DNA of 64,000 nucleotides. Origin: an uncultured bacterium. GTDB taxonomy: Bacteria; Patescibacteriota; Minisyncoccia; UBA6257; GWB1-50-10. The position numbers and the translations under genes were made by a program. Where the stretch lies: the NCBI GenBank assembly GCA_963768835.1, contig CAVYJB010000002.1, positions 298,466 through 362,465 of the forward strand. Reading direction: 5' to 3'. Position 1 is the first letter of the stretch, and each line of letters opens with the position of its first letter. Shown piece by piece: positions 41,254-49,049 of this stretch. The notes under the pieces were generated by a model. It did not search any database, had not been told where the DNA came from, and worked only from the letters and a program-made list of their open reading frames with translations.

Positions 41254-42300
41254 ATGGATCGATTCTTTCTTGGAATGCTCGTGTTCATCCCGCTCGCAGC
41301 GGGAGCTGCCCTGCTGCACGCCGCGCCGACCGCGGTGTTCTTCCTTTCGGCCCTCGCCATCGTGCCGCTCGCGAAGTACATCGGGGAAGCGACCGATGAG
41401 CTTTCCGCCCACACGGGCCCCGGCCTCGGCGGCATTCTGAACGCCACCTTCGGGAACGCCACGGAGCTCATCATCGGCATCATGGCCTTGCAGGCGGGGC
41501 TCCTCGACGTGGTCAAGGCTTCCATCACGGGCTCCATTATCGGGAACCTGCTCCTTGTTCTGGGCACCGCGATGCTCGCGGGCGGCATGAAGTACAAGGA
41601 ACAGGAGTTCAACCGTACGGCAGCCCTCGCGAGCGCCGCGACGATGCTCCTCGCGGTCATCGCGCTCGTTGTGCCCGCGATCTTCATTCAGACGTCCCCC
41701 CAGGTGACCAGCTACACGGTCGAGGAGCTTTCACTCTTCGTGGCCGCCCTCATGGCGGTCGTCTACATCGGGCAGATCCTTTTCACTCTCTGGACCCACC
41801 GCCACCTCTATGTGCAGGAGGTGGGGAAGTTCGAAGCGCGGTGGAGCAAGACGAAGGGCATTCTCGTGCTTCTCGTCGCGACCGTCGCCGTCGCCTTTAT
41901 GAGCGAGATCCTCGTGGGGGCCATCCAGCCCCTGGTGGCGCAGTTTGGCTGGACGGAGCTTTTTATCGGGGTCATCTTCGTCGCCATCATCGGGAATGCC
42001 GCCGAGCACACCTCCGCAGTCGTGATGGCCCTCAAAAACAAGATGGACCTCGCGCTCCAGATCGCCATCGGATCGACGACCCAAGTCGCGATGCTCGTGG
42101 TGCCCGTCCTCGTGTTCGTGGGAGTCCTCGTCGGGCACCCCATGAACCTCATCTTCGACACGTTCGAGCTTATCGCCATCGTCCTTGCGGTCCTCGTCGC
42201 GAACCTCGTCGTCGAGGACGGGAAATGCAACTGGCTTGAGGGGGTCCAGCTTCTCGTCGCCTACGCCATCATGGGTATCGGGTTCTTCTTCCACCCCTAA
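41254..42300 (+). CDS. Calcium/proton exchanger (CAX family)
   Basis: NATFGNATE, GSIIGNLLL, GNAAEH motifs. Confidence 0.95.
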   Translation: MDRFFLGMLVFIPLAAGAALLHAAPTAVFFLSALAIVPLAKYIGEATDELSAHTGPGLGGILNATFGNATELIIGIMALQAGLLDVVKASITGSIIGNLLLVLGTAMLAGGMKYKEQEFNRTAALASAATMLLAVIALVVPAIFIQTSPQVTSYTVEELSLFVAALMAVVYIGQILFTLWTHRHLYVQEVGKFEARWSKTKGILVLLVATVAVAFMSEILVGAIQPLVAQFGWTELFIGVIFVAIIGNAAEHTSAVVMALKNKMDLALQIAIGSTTQVAMLVVPVLVFVGVLVGHPMNLIFDTFELIAIVLAVLVANLVVEDGKCNWLEGVQLLVAYAIMGIGFFFHP

Positions 42301-42310
42301 CGCGCTCTCC

Positions 42311-42634
42311 ATGATTGAATTTCCGGATTTTCAGAAGGTGGAGCTGAAGGTGGGGAAGATCCTCACCGCGGAGCGCGTCGAAGGCTCCGACAAGCTCGTG
42401 AAGCTCTCGGTGGACCTCGGCGGCGAGACCCGGCAGATTGTGGCGGGCATCGGGAAGAAATACACCCCCGAGGAGCTCGTGGGCCGGCAGATTATCGTGG
42501 TCGCGAACCTCGCCCCTCGCATGCTCTTGGGGCTCGAATCGAACGGGATGCTCCTCGCCGCGCACGACGCGGAGGGCGGCCCCATCCTCCTCATGCCCGA
42601 CAAGGAGGCTCCGCCTGGAAGCACTGTGAGTTAG
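42311..42634 (+). CDS. Stand-alone tRNA-binding domain protein (MetG C-terminal / Trbp111 / CsaA-like)
   Basis: DFQKVELKVGKI, RQIVAGI, NLAPRMLLGLESNGMLLAA. Confidence 0.9.
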   Translation: MIEFPDFQKVELKVGKILTAERVEGSDKLVKLSVDLGGETRQIVAGIGKKYTPEELVGRQIIVVANLAPRMLLGLESNGMLLAAHDAEGGPILLMPDKEAPPGSTVS

Positions 42635-42647
42635 AAGGATTGGGAGA

Positions 42648-42676
42648 GTTCGAATCCAAGGCCCCCACGCCGACCA
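42648..42676 (+). other. tRNA 3'-end-like fragment; putative left junction of the cassette array
   Basis: GTTCGAATCCAAGGCCCCCA-CGCCGACCA; no tRNA 5' half upstream (previous gene ends at 42634). Confidence 0.65.
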
Positions 42677-42700
42677 GGTGTATAATAAGCTTAATTCACT

Positions 42701-43384
42701 ATGACTGTAGTTCTGACGATTGCTTTTCTAATTGTAGGCTGCCTCATCGGATACATATACGCGAGCCGTAGATTTCAGGAAGAGAAAAATCAGGCACTAA
42801 GAGATTTAGGACTACAGAAAGAAGAAGCGCAAAGGGTCTTAGCGCAGCAGAAAGAACAACTACTAAAGGAAGCGGAGCAGGCGAAAGAACAAGAGCTGAG
42901 AGAATTAGGACAACAGAAAGAGGAGGCACAGAAGGAATTGGCGCGTCTAAAGGAAGAGCTGCAAAAAGAAGCCGAGCTGCAGAAAAAAAGGACGCTCGAA
43001 GGTTCGAGAGCTGGCATCAAGGGAAGGGTTGCTGAAAACCTTGCTTTGCTCATCCCTGATTTTCAAGAACAACATCCTGATTTAAAGATCTCTGAGGCGA
43101 GGTTCACAGGAGAGCCGATTGACTATCTATTCTTTGAAGGAATCGACGAAAAGAACATTACGAAAGTCATTTTTCTCGAAGTTAAGTCTGGGAAACATCC
43201 TCAACTAAACCCGACCGAAGCCAGCCTAAAAAATGTCATAGATGACGCGGAGACCAAGGGCGCGAATGTGATTTGGCGAGAATACATAGTTCATGAGCCA
43301 GAGATTCAGGCTATTCCGCCACCGGAAGTTCCAGGAGAAAGCACTGAAGCTCCTACCTCAATACCCCCTACCGAAAAAGCCTAG
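42701..43384 (+). CDS. Holliday-junction-resolvase-like PD-(D/E)xK protein with TM and coiled coil
   Basis: SRAGIKGRVAENL, ARFTGEPIDYLFFEG, IFLEVKSG. Confidence 0.82.
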   Translation: MTVVLTIAFLIVGCLIGYIYASRRFQEEKNQALRDLGLQKEEAQRVLAQQKEQLLKEAEQAKEQELRELGQQKEEAQKELARLKEELQKEAELQKKRTLEGSRAGIKGRVAENLALLIPDFQEQHPDLKISEARFTGEPIDYLFFEGIDEKNITKVIFLEVKSGKHPQLNPTEASLKNVIDDAETKGANVIWREYIVHEPEIQAIPPPEVPGESTEAPTSIPPTEKA

Positions 43385-43401
43385 CTCACCGAAGCCTCCA
43401 A

Positions 43402-43430
43402 AATCGTTCGAACATCGTCCAAGGCCCCCA
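43402..43430 (+). repeat. Cassette junction repeat, copy 2
   Basis: AATCGTTCGAACATCGTCCAAGGCCCCCA. Confidence 0.95.
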
Positions 43431-43432
43431 AC

Positions 43433-44227
43433 ATGGAATCTTATAACCCACAAGACTTCAAGAATTTGGCAATTTCCGCGGCGGAACAAGCCGGAGATGT
43501 TTTAATGCGTCACTATGGCAATGTCGTCACGGAATTTAAAGAAGGGGGCTTTGATATGGTATCGATAGTTACCAAAGCTGACCGAGAATCTGAGGACTGT
43601 ATCGCCGGGGCTATTAGAAAGCACTTTCCCGCTCACGGCATTTATGGAGAAGAGGGAACTGACGAGAAAAGTGGAGCTGAGTATATCTGGTATATAGATC
43701 CACTTGATGGTACTTCAAATTTCACAAGAAACATTCCACTTTTTGGCATATCAATTGGTCTCATAAAGAACGGCCGTCCCATCGTTGGTGTTTTGCACTT
43801 TCCGGCACTTAAGCTTCTGCTTAGCGCCGAAGATGGGAAGGGTGCTTTTGCAAATGGCACAAAAATTAAGGTTTCGACGCGGTCTCTGGAACAATCCTTG
43901 TACTACTCTGGGGGAAAGTATAAATCAGACTTCTTGAACCAACTTCAACCTGATATTGCATCGGCTGTTGGGTTGATAAAAATTATTGATGCCAGCAGCT
44001 ACGAATTCGCACAAATCGCTATGGGTGATGCCGAGATATATTTCCTGAAAAATGTACCGTATGATGTCGTTGCCGGCATCTGCGTTGTTCGTGAAGCTGG
44101 AGGGGTCGTAAGCGATGCTGAAGGAAATGAATGGCAGCTCTCTTCAAAAGAAATCTTAGCTACCACCCCAAGCTTGCATCCAAAGATATTATCCCTCCTT
44201 CGCGGCCGAGAGTCTACGAATTCATAG
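43433..44227 (+). CDS. Inositol monophosphatase family protein
   Basis: IVTKADRESE, YGEE, WYIDPLDGTSNF, YDVVAG...EAGG. Confidence 0.93.
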   Translation: MESYNPQDFKNLAISAAEQAGDVLMRHYGNVVTEFKEGGFDMVSIVTKADRESEDCIAGAIRKHFPAHGIYGEEGTDEKSGAEYIWYIDPLDGTSNFTRNIPLFGISIGLIKNGRPIVGVLHFPALKLLLSAEDGKGAFANGTKIKVSTRSLEQSLYYSGGKYKSDFLNQLQPDIASAVGLIKIIDASSYEFAQIAMGDAEIYFLKNVPYDVVAGICVVREAGGVVSDAEGNEWQLSSKEILATTPSLHPKILSLLRGRESTNS

Positions 44228-44231
44228 CCAG

Positions 44232-44257
44232 AATCGTTCGAACATCGTCCAGGCCCC
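44232..44257 (+). repeat. Cassette junction repeat, copy 3
   Basis: AATCGTTCGAACATCGTCCAGGCCCC (one A shorter). Confidence 0.93.
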
Positions 44258-44271
44258 GCAATGATACGAAC

Positions 44272-44859
44272 ATGAATTGGCACCTCCTACTGGGAATAAT
44301 TGGCGGCGTCATCGCTCTGCTCGCCGTCATTCCCTACATCAGAGACATTCTCAAAAAAACGACTCGCCCTAACACCGTTTCCTGGTCTATCTGGGCATTC
44401 CTTCTGCTAATTTCGATCCTGGCCCAAATGAGTGCTGGCGCATCATGGTCGATCATTCTTCTCGTTGGAGACTTCATCGGAACAGGCACGATAGTCATAT
44501 TTTGTTTAATTGGCTACGGATACAGGAAATATGGGTGGATCGAATGGGCATGCCTTACTCTCGCAATCCTCGCAATCATTTCTTGGCAAACCACCCAGCA
44601 ACCCCTTCTGGCTATCGCTTTCGCGGTTGTGGCCGATGCGATGGCTGCCATACCGACCCTGGTTAAGGCATACCGCGATCCTTGGTCGGAACATCCGACC
44701 ATGTGGCTCATCATCGCGCTCGGAGCTCTGCTTAGCATTCTCTCTACTACAATTCTTAATCCGCCCAATCTTTTGTTCCCCGCCTACCTCCTTGCTATGA
44801 ATGGAGCCATCGGTATTGTGGCGCTCGCTGGCAGAGGGGTTAATAGGCCAAACCCCTAA
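44272..44859 (+). CDS. Hypothetical multi-pass membrane protein (PQ-loop-like duplication)
   Basis: IPYIRDILKKTTRPNTVSWSIW ... IPTLVKAYRDPWSE. Confidence 0.75.
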   Translation: MNWHLLLGIIGGVIALLAVIPYIRDILKKTTRPNTVSWSIWAFLLLISILAQMSAGASWSIILLVGDFIGTGTIVIFCLIGYGYRKYGWIEWACLTLAILAIISWQTTQQPLLAIAFAVVADAMAAIPTLVKAYRDPWSEHPTMWLIIALGALLSILSTTILNPPNLLFPAYLLAMNGAIGIVALAGRGVNRPNP

Positions 44860-44860
44860 G

Positions 44861-44885
44861 AATCGTTCGAACATCGTCCAAGGCC
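44861..44885 (+). repeat. Cassette junction repeat, copy 4
   Basis: AATCGTTCGAACATCGTCCAAGGCC. Confidence 0.93.
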
Positions 44886-44958
44886 TGGGAAATGCGTTTT
44901 AACAGGCGATGATACTTGCTTGATAGGAGATCTAGGTTGGTATACTATTTGCATATAA

Positions 44959-45282
44959 ATGAAGTATAAGAACACGCTTCAAAAAGGGTCCGTCCGCTAT
45001 ATCGTTTTTAAAGACGACGGTGTTTGGTATGCGGTAGCCTTGGAATTCAATATTGTAGAGGCGGGAGACGACCCGCGTGAAGCTCTGAACCTGCTCTTTG
45101 AAGCGATCCAGGGTTATGTGAGGTCGGCGCGGAAAATTAAGGCGCGGCCACAGATTCTAAATCAACGAGCCGATTCGGAATACGAGGACCTATGGCAGAG
45201 CCTACAAGAGCGTAAACGAAGCCTTGCGTCGCGTTCCATGCCTGTTTTTACGTTCGGCGAACGGTCACTAGCAGCGGCCTAG
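44959..45282 (+). CDS. HicB-like antitoxin (no evident DNA-binding domain)
   Basis: VFKDDGVWYAVALEFNIVEAGDDPREALNLLFEAIQGY; adjacent to a HicA-like gene. Confidence 0.75.
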   Translation: MKYKNTLQKGSVRYIVFKDDGVWYAVALEFNIVEAGDDPREALNLLFEAIQGYVRSARKIKARPQILNQRADSEYEDLWQSLQERKRSLASRSMPVFTFGERSLAAA

Positions 45283-45288
45283 AGCGAT

Positions 45289-45522
45289 ATGCCGCGAGGT
45301 GTTTTTAACTGGACCTTCGACGACATTGTCCGGTTTCTTAAGGACAATCGGTTTACCTTGAATCATGTGGAGGGGAGCCATTATTTTTATATTGGAACAT
45401 CTGGCGGGAGCCTACGCCAGGTCTGTGTGCCCTTCCACGGAAAGCGAGTAATTAATCCGCGAACCCTGAAAGGTATTATTCGACAGTCGGGGATTGCAAA
45501 AGATCGCTGGTTGAGACGTTAG
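45289..45522 (+). CDS. hicA: HicA family toxin
   Basis: FLKDNRF..HVEGSH...VPFHG...PRTLKGIIRQSG. Confidence 0.85.
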   Translation: MPRGVFNWTFDDIVRFLKDNRFTLNHVEGSHYFYIGTSGGSLRQVCVPFHGKRVINPRTLKGIIRQSGIAKDRWLRR

Positions 45523-45544
45523 TTTTCTTGGATATAATCCCAAA

Positions 45545-45575
45545 AATCGTTCGAACATCGTCCAAGGCCCCCAGC
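45545..45575 (+). repeat. Cassette junction repeat, copy 5 (right end)
   Basis: AATCGTTCGAACATCGTCCAAGGCCCCCAGC. Confidence 0.95.
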
Positions 45576-45596
45576 TAAGGTTTGCCTGGCAAAAGA

Positions 45597-45626
45597 TTGA
45601 CAAATAGCACTAAATAGTGCTATTTT
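45597..45626 (+). promoter_or_regulatory. Sigma70 promoter overlapped by an 11-bp inverted repeat
   Basis: TTGACA...TGcTATTTT; AAATAGCACTA-aa-TAGTGCTATTT at 45602-45625. Confidence 0.65.
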
Positions 45627-45685
45627 ACTTTTCAGTCATTTACCAGCGGTATTTTATCCATGAACACTAGAGAAAGGAGTTCGGT

Positions 45686-46432
45686 ATGTGCGGATTCATC
45701 AGCTGGATCGAAACATCTCTAATCTCTCCGAAGTCGGGCCTCTTTTACCTGACCGACGCGCAGGCCTACTCGGACCGAGGGAAGGAGGTTCTTGCGGGAG
45801 CCCAGGACAACGACATTCTGGGCCACGGGGCGATCCGCGCGTTCTACGACCTGGGGCAAGTGGGGAAAGAGCACGAGGTGACGGATTTCTGGAACCTCGA
45901 GAAGCTCCCCTCCGAGCTCCAGGAAAAGATCAGGAATTTTGATCTGTACTGGGGCAGGATGTTCCGGAGCGGCTGCTTTCAGGACGATGATCTCCGTCAT
46001 ATTCTATTGCATGCCCCTTCCGGTTGGAGAGAGAAAGCATGGACGCAGCTTCTCATGCAGCATCCCACGAACAGCGATTTCCTTATCATCGTGCGGGATG
46101 CCCCCGCCGAGTGGAAAGAGAGGGCGTCTGCGCAACTCTTTGAGCAGGATCTCTCGAATGAAGATCTCCGCTACATCATGGCGTACGGCACTCCCGAGTT
46201 GCAGGAGAAAGCCTGGAAGCGTCTGATGGAACAGGGTCCTTCCAGCGGCGAACTCTGCGCAGTCGTTGCGTTCACTCCCCAGCAATGGAAAGAGAGGGCA
46301 TGGGATATGCTCACGACACGGGAGCTCTCAGACGAAAACCTTCGTTTCCTGGAGATGCACGCCCCCCATGCATGGGCGCAGAAGGTTCGCGTGGAGCTTG
46401 TGAAGAGGGGGAAGGGAAGTCTCGGCCTCTGA
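45686..46432 (+). CDS. Hypothetical helical-repeat protein
   Basis: AAGGAG SD; about five ~29-aa repeats of type DLxxIxxxAPxxWxExAWxxL. Confidence 0.75.
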   Translation: MCGFISWIETSLISPKSGLFYLTDAQAYSDRGKEVLAGAQDNDILGHGAIRAFYDLGQVGKEHEVTDFWNLEKLPSELQEKIRNFDLYWGRMFRSGCFQDDDLRHILLHAPSGWREKAWTQLLMQHPTNSDFLIIVRDAPAEWKERASAQLFEQDLSNEDLRYIMAYGTPELQEKAWKRLMEQGPSSGELCAVVAFTPQQWKERAWDMLTTRELSDENLRFLEMHAPHAWAQKVRVELVKRGKGSLGL

Positions 46433-46474
46433 ACGAAGTTTCGAACATACACTCACCACTCAAGGAGGCAACCA

Positions 46475-46738
46475 ATGGCAACCCCAGACAATGCTTCCAC
46501 GGAGGCTAAGGCGTGGTCGCTGGACGTTCCGCAGTCGAACCAAGAGTTCGTCCGGAAGTGCCTTGCCCTGAAGATGGCGACTCCGTCGCTCGCGGATCTG
46601 ACGCGAGCGCAGAAGCTCAAGCTACTGACGGATTTCTTTGTGTCCGTGCTGGCCGAAAGCTATTTCGATGGGAGCGGCTTTGATGTCGCGGTCATCGCGG
46701 CCATGTTCAAGCTTCAGGAAAGATTCAAGGATGAGTAG
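46475..46738 (+). CDS. Hypothetical protein
   Basis: AAGGAGG SD; followed by a terminator-like AACGCCGC...GCGGCGTTTTT. Confidence 0.65.
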   Translation: MATPDNASTEAKAWSLDVPQSNQEFVRKCLALKMATPSLADLTRAQKLKLLTDFFVSVLAESYFDGSGFDVAVIAAMFKLQERFKDE

Positions 46739-46983
46739 TCCGCATATCTGTATCCACACCAACGCCGCCACGCTTAACAGCTGAAGCGGCGTTTTTATTC
46801 ACAGAAGCGCCGATATCCAGTTTTAGCCTCTTGGGCTTGGATATCCCAAGTGATTTGGCAGCTGAACGGATTGTAACGTAGGAGCGGCGCACTGCTGACT
46901 CTGGGGCCTTGTGTGTGCGAATCTGTCGAGGACACGGTCTTCGCTGACACGCTCAGCTGCTTGCGAGTAGCAAGCGCAGAACG

Positions 46984-47247
46984 CTATTTCGGAACCCTAA
47001 TTATAGGAGAGTCACACATCACATCAGGATCAGGCCTCCCTCCAGACCAGGGTGTTCCGTTGCCGCCTCGCTCCTCTATAGAAGCGACGCTCTCGAACAT
47101 CATCTTCGTGTTCTTGAGGTTCCTGCTAGGCCGGGCCAGTTCCGCCGCGAGGACCACAGGAAAGCAGAGAGGGTAGATTCGTTCGGGAACATCCCGAAGA
47201 AGGTACTCAACCCACTCAATGGCTGCTTTCAGCCTTTTTTCTGTCAT
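46984..47247 (-). CDS. Hypothetical protein, possibly a gene remnant
   Basis: ATG preceded by the AAAGGTCG leader motif; the frame stays open for about 60 codons after the TAG. Confidence 0.4.
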   Translation of the reverse strand: MTEKRLKAAIEWVEYLLRDVPERIYPLCFPVVLAAELARPSRNLKNTKMMFESVASIEERGGNGTPWSGGRPDPDVMCDSPIIRVPK

Positions 47248-47417
47248 AAGTATTTTCTGCTGTTTTGCACGACCTTTGTTTCCGATGGATAGATGCTTGT
47301 GAGTGATCCATTGCTCCCAGCCCCGTGTATATCAGCGTCCGTCATAGAACCCAGTGAGGCGTCTCCTTCTCGGTCGGCATATTCGACGATGATAAGCTGT
47401 GGAATATACGTCATGTT

Positions 47418-49049
47418 TCAACAAATGAAGCCTCCTTTCCGCGGCCCGTTCCGCCTTGGCCAAGGCCCGCTGCGACCGGACATCCTTTGTCCCTCGGACT
47501 CCTGGCTCACGTCCCGGTCCGCCTCATCCTCGTACGGTTTGCGGAGCACAGGGTCCTTCAGCATAGCGAGCGTCTCTTCGTTGCTCAGGCCGGATTCGGG
47601 GCCGCGGTACGGACCCTTCGGAAAGATGAACCCCGGTACCGTGTTCCGAAGGACGGCGAACGCCGCGAGACATAGCGCATCGCACAAATCGTCTCGAGAC
47701 TCCTTCCCGAACCCCACGAGCTGCTCGATCACAGTCTCGCAGCCCTTCCTCGGGAACAGGATCTTCCCCTCCCGGATCAGGTATCCGAGAATAGCGAACC
47801 GGGTGCGCTTGTCGTATGGCAGCTTGTCCGCCGTGGCCTTCATGCGGCCCAGGGAATTCACCTGCTCCGGCAGGGATTTCTGGTACCCGATCGCCTCGAT
47901 CCGCACATCCACCGGCCGATAGCCGGTCATGAGGTGGTTGTACCGCCGCTCGAGCTCGTCCACGGTCTCCGGGAAGTTGACGTGGTCGTTGAAAGGGTCG
48001 GGATAGAGGAAAAGTTTCGTCTCCTCCCCGGAATTGCAGACGATCCCGCTCACGATGGCAGTGCAGTCCGAGGTCTGCTTCTTGGAAATCGCGGGGTCGC
48101 ACCCCATCACGAACCCGCGCACGTACCCCGCGTCCGGGAGCCTGTCGTAGTACTGGATCCATTCCCGTTCCACCACCGATTCCTGGGTGGAGATGAACTT
48201 CAGGTTCATCTCGCGCTGGTAGTCGGCCTCGTCGAGAAACTTCTTCCGCTCCGCTGCGAGGACCTCGGGAGTGTACCGCTCGGGCCAGGCGATCGATCCG
48301 TCCTCCCGCTCGAGCGGGTAGGCGCGGAAGACCCCGCTCATCTGTCCGGACTCAATCGCGCCCCCGAGGCGCATGAGGGTGGAGAGAGGGTGGAGGAGAT
48401 TCCCGACCACAACGATTCGCGTCTCCTTCCCCACGCCTCCGAGGAAGAGGATCTCGCTCTGAAAGTAATGAAAGTCTTTCTCCCTGCCGTCATCGCTGCG
48501 GACCGACTTCATGTCCTGGATGTCATCTGCGATTATTAGCTGCGGCCGATAGTGCTTGTATTTCAAACCGCGGACGGATTGTCCCGCCGAGACGGCCAGA
48601 ATCTTCGTGTCGTAGCGGGGGATGATAATCTCGTTCTGGGCCCACTTCTTGAACTCTTCCCGGGATAACCCGAAGTCCTTGCGGAGGAGCCCATCCCGTT
48701 CGAGGACGTCCCGGATATTCGCGAGATGCTGCTCCGCCTGTTGCTGGGTGTCGCTGAAGATGACGATGAAATGTATTCCCTGAGCCATCGCAGCGTAGAG
48801 GGGATAGCACTGCGTGAAGACGAATGATTTTCCGCAGCCTCTGAATCCCGAGACGACAAGCAGAGGCGCGTCGCCGGCCGCCAGTTTGAACATCTCTCTA
48901 TGAAAATTCGCGGTCGGCGCGAACATGGCTTCCGGGAAATAGGTCCGGGCGAAGAGGTAGAGATTCTTCGTCACGAGGGCTTTCCGGAACGTCCGGCTCT
49001 CCTGCGCGCGCCGGATGATGTCGTCTAAGGAATCATTGTTCATGGTCAT
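47418..49049 (-). CDS. Phage terminase large subunit-like protein
   Basis: Walker A GFRGCGKS, VRGLK...RPQLIIADD (Walker B), nuclease motifs MGCDPA...SDCTAI...DDLCDA. Confidence 0.9.
   Translation of the reverse strand: MTMNNDSLDDIIRRAQESRTFRKALVTKNLYLFARTYFPEAMFAPTANFHREMFKLAAGDAPLLVVSGFRGCGKSFVFTQCYPLYAAMAQGIHFIVIFSDTQQQAEQHLANIRDVLERDGLLRKDFGLSREEFKKWAQNEIIIPRYDTKILAVSAGQSVRGLKYKHYRPQLIIADDIQDMKSVRSDDGREKDFHYFQSEILFLGGVGKETRIVVVGNLLHPLSTLMRLGGAIESGQMSGVFRAYPLEREDGSIAWPERYTPEVLAAERKKFLDEADYQREMNLKFISTQESVVEREWIQYYDRLPDAGYVRGFVMGCDPAISKKQTSDCTAIVSGIVCNSGEETKLFLYPDPFNDHVNFPETVDELERRYNHLMTGYRPVDVRIEAIGYQKSLPEQVNSLGRMKATADKLPYDKRTRFAILGYLIREGKILFPRKGCETVIEQLVGFGKESRDDLCDALCLAAFAVLRNTVPGFIFPKGPYRGPESGLSNEETLAMLKDPVLRKPYEDEADRDVSQESEGQRMSGRSGPWPRRNGPRKGGFIC

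Larger units (their letters stand above)
42648..45575 (+). mobile_element. Tandem array of four repeat-delimited gene cassettes without integrase
   Basis: Core TCC(A)AGGCC at 42655, 43418, 44248, 44877 and 45561, always intergenic; cargo visibly AT-richer than the flanks. Confidence 0.8.

Noticed and set aside
42600-42676. Intact tRNA gene
   Set aside because: Only a T-loop and acceptor-like 3' part is present; upstream is coding sequence and the T-stem does not pair.
42648-45575. CRISPR array or classical integron attC sites
   Set aside because: Inter-repeat units are 629-830 bp whole genes, no cas or intI gene is present, and the repeats lack the long attC inverted-repeat structure.
45602-45625. 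CIRCE / HrcA operator
   Set aside because: The spacer is 2 nt rather than 9 and no chaperone gene follows.
46795-46986. Stop-codon readthrough extension of the 46984-47247 ORF
   Set aside because: The open stretch after TAG has no recognisable protein features; decay or chance is simpler.
47453-47470. CCAAGGCCC as another cassette junction
   Set aside because: It lies inside the terL coding region and lacks the AATCGTTCGAAC half.
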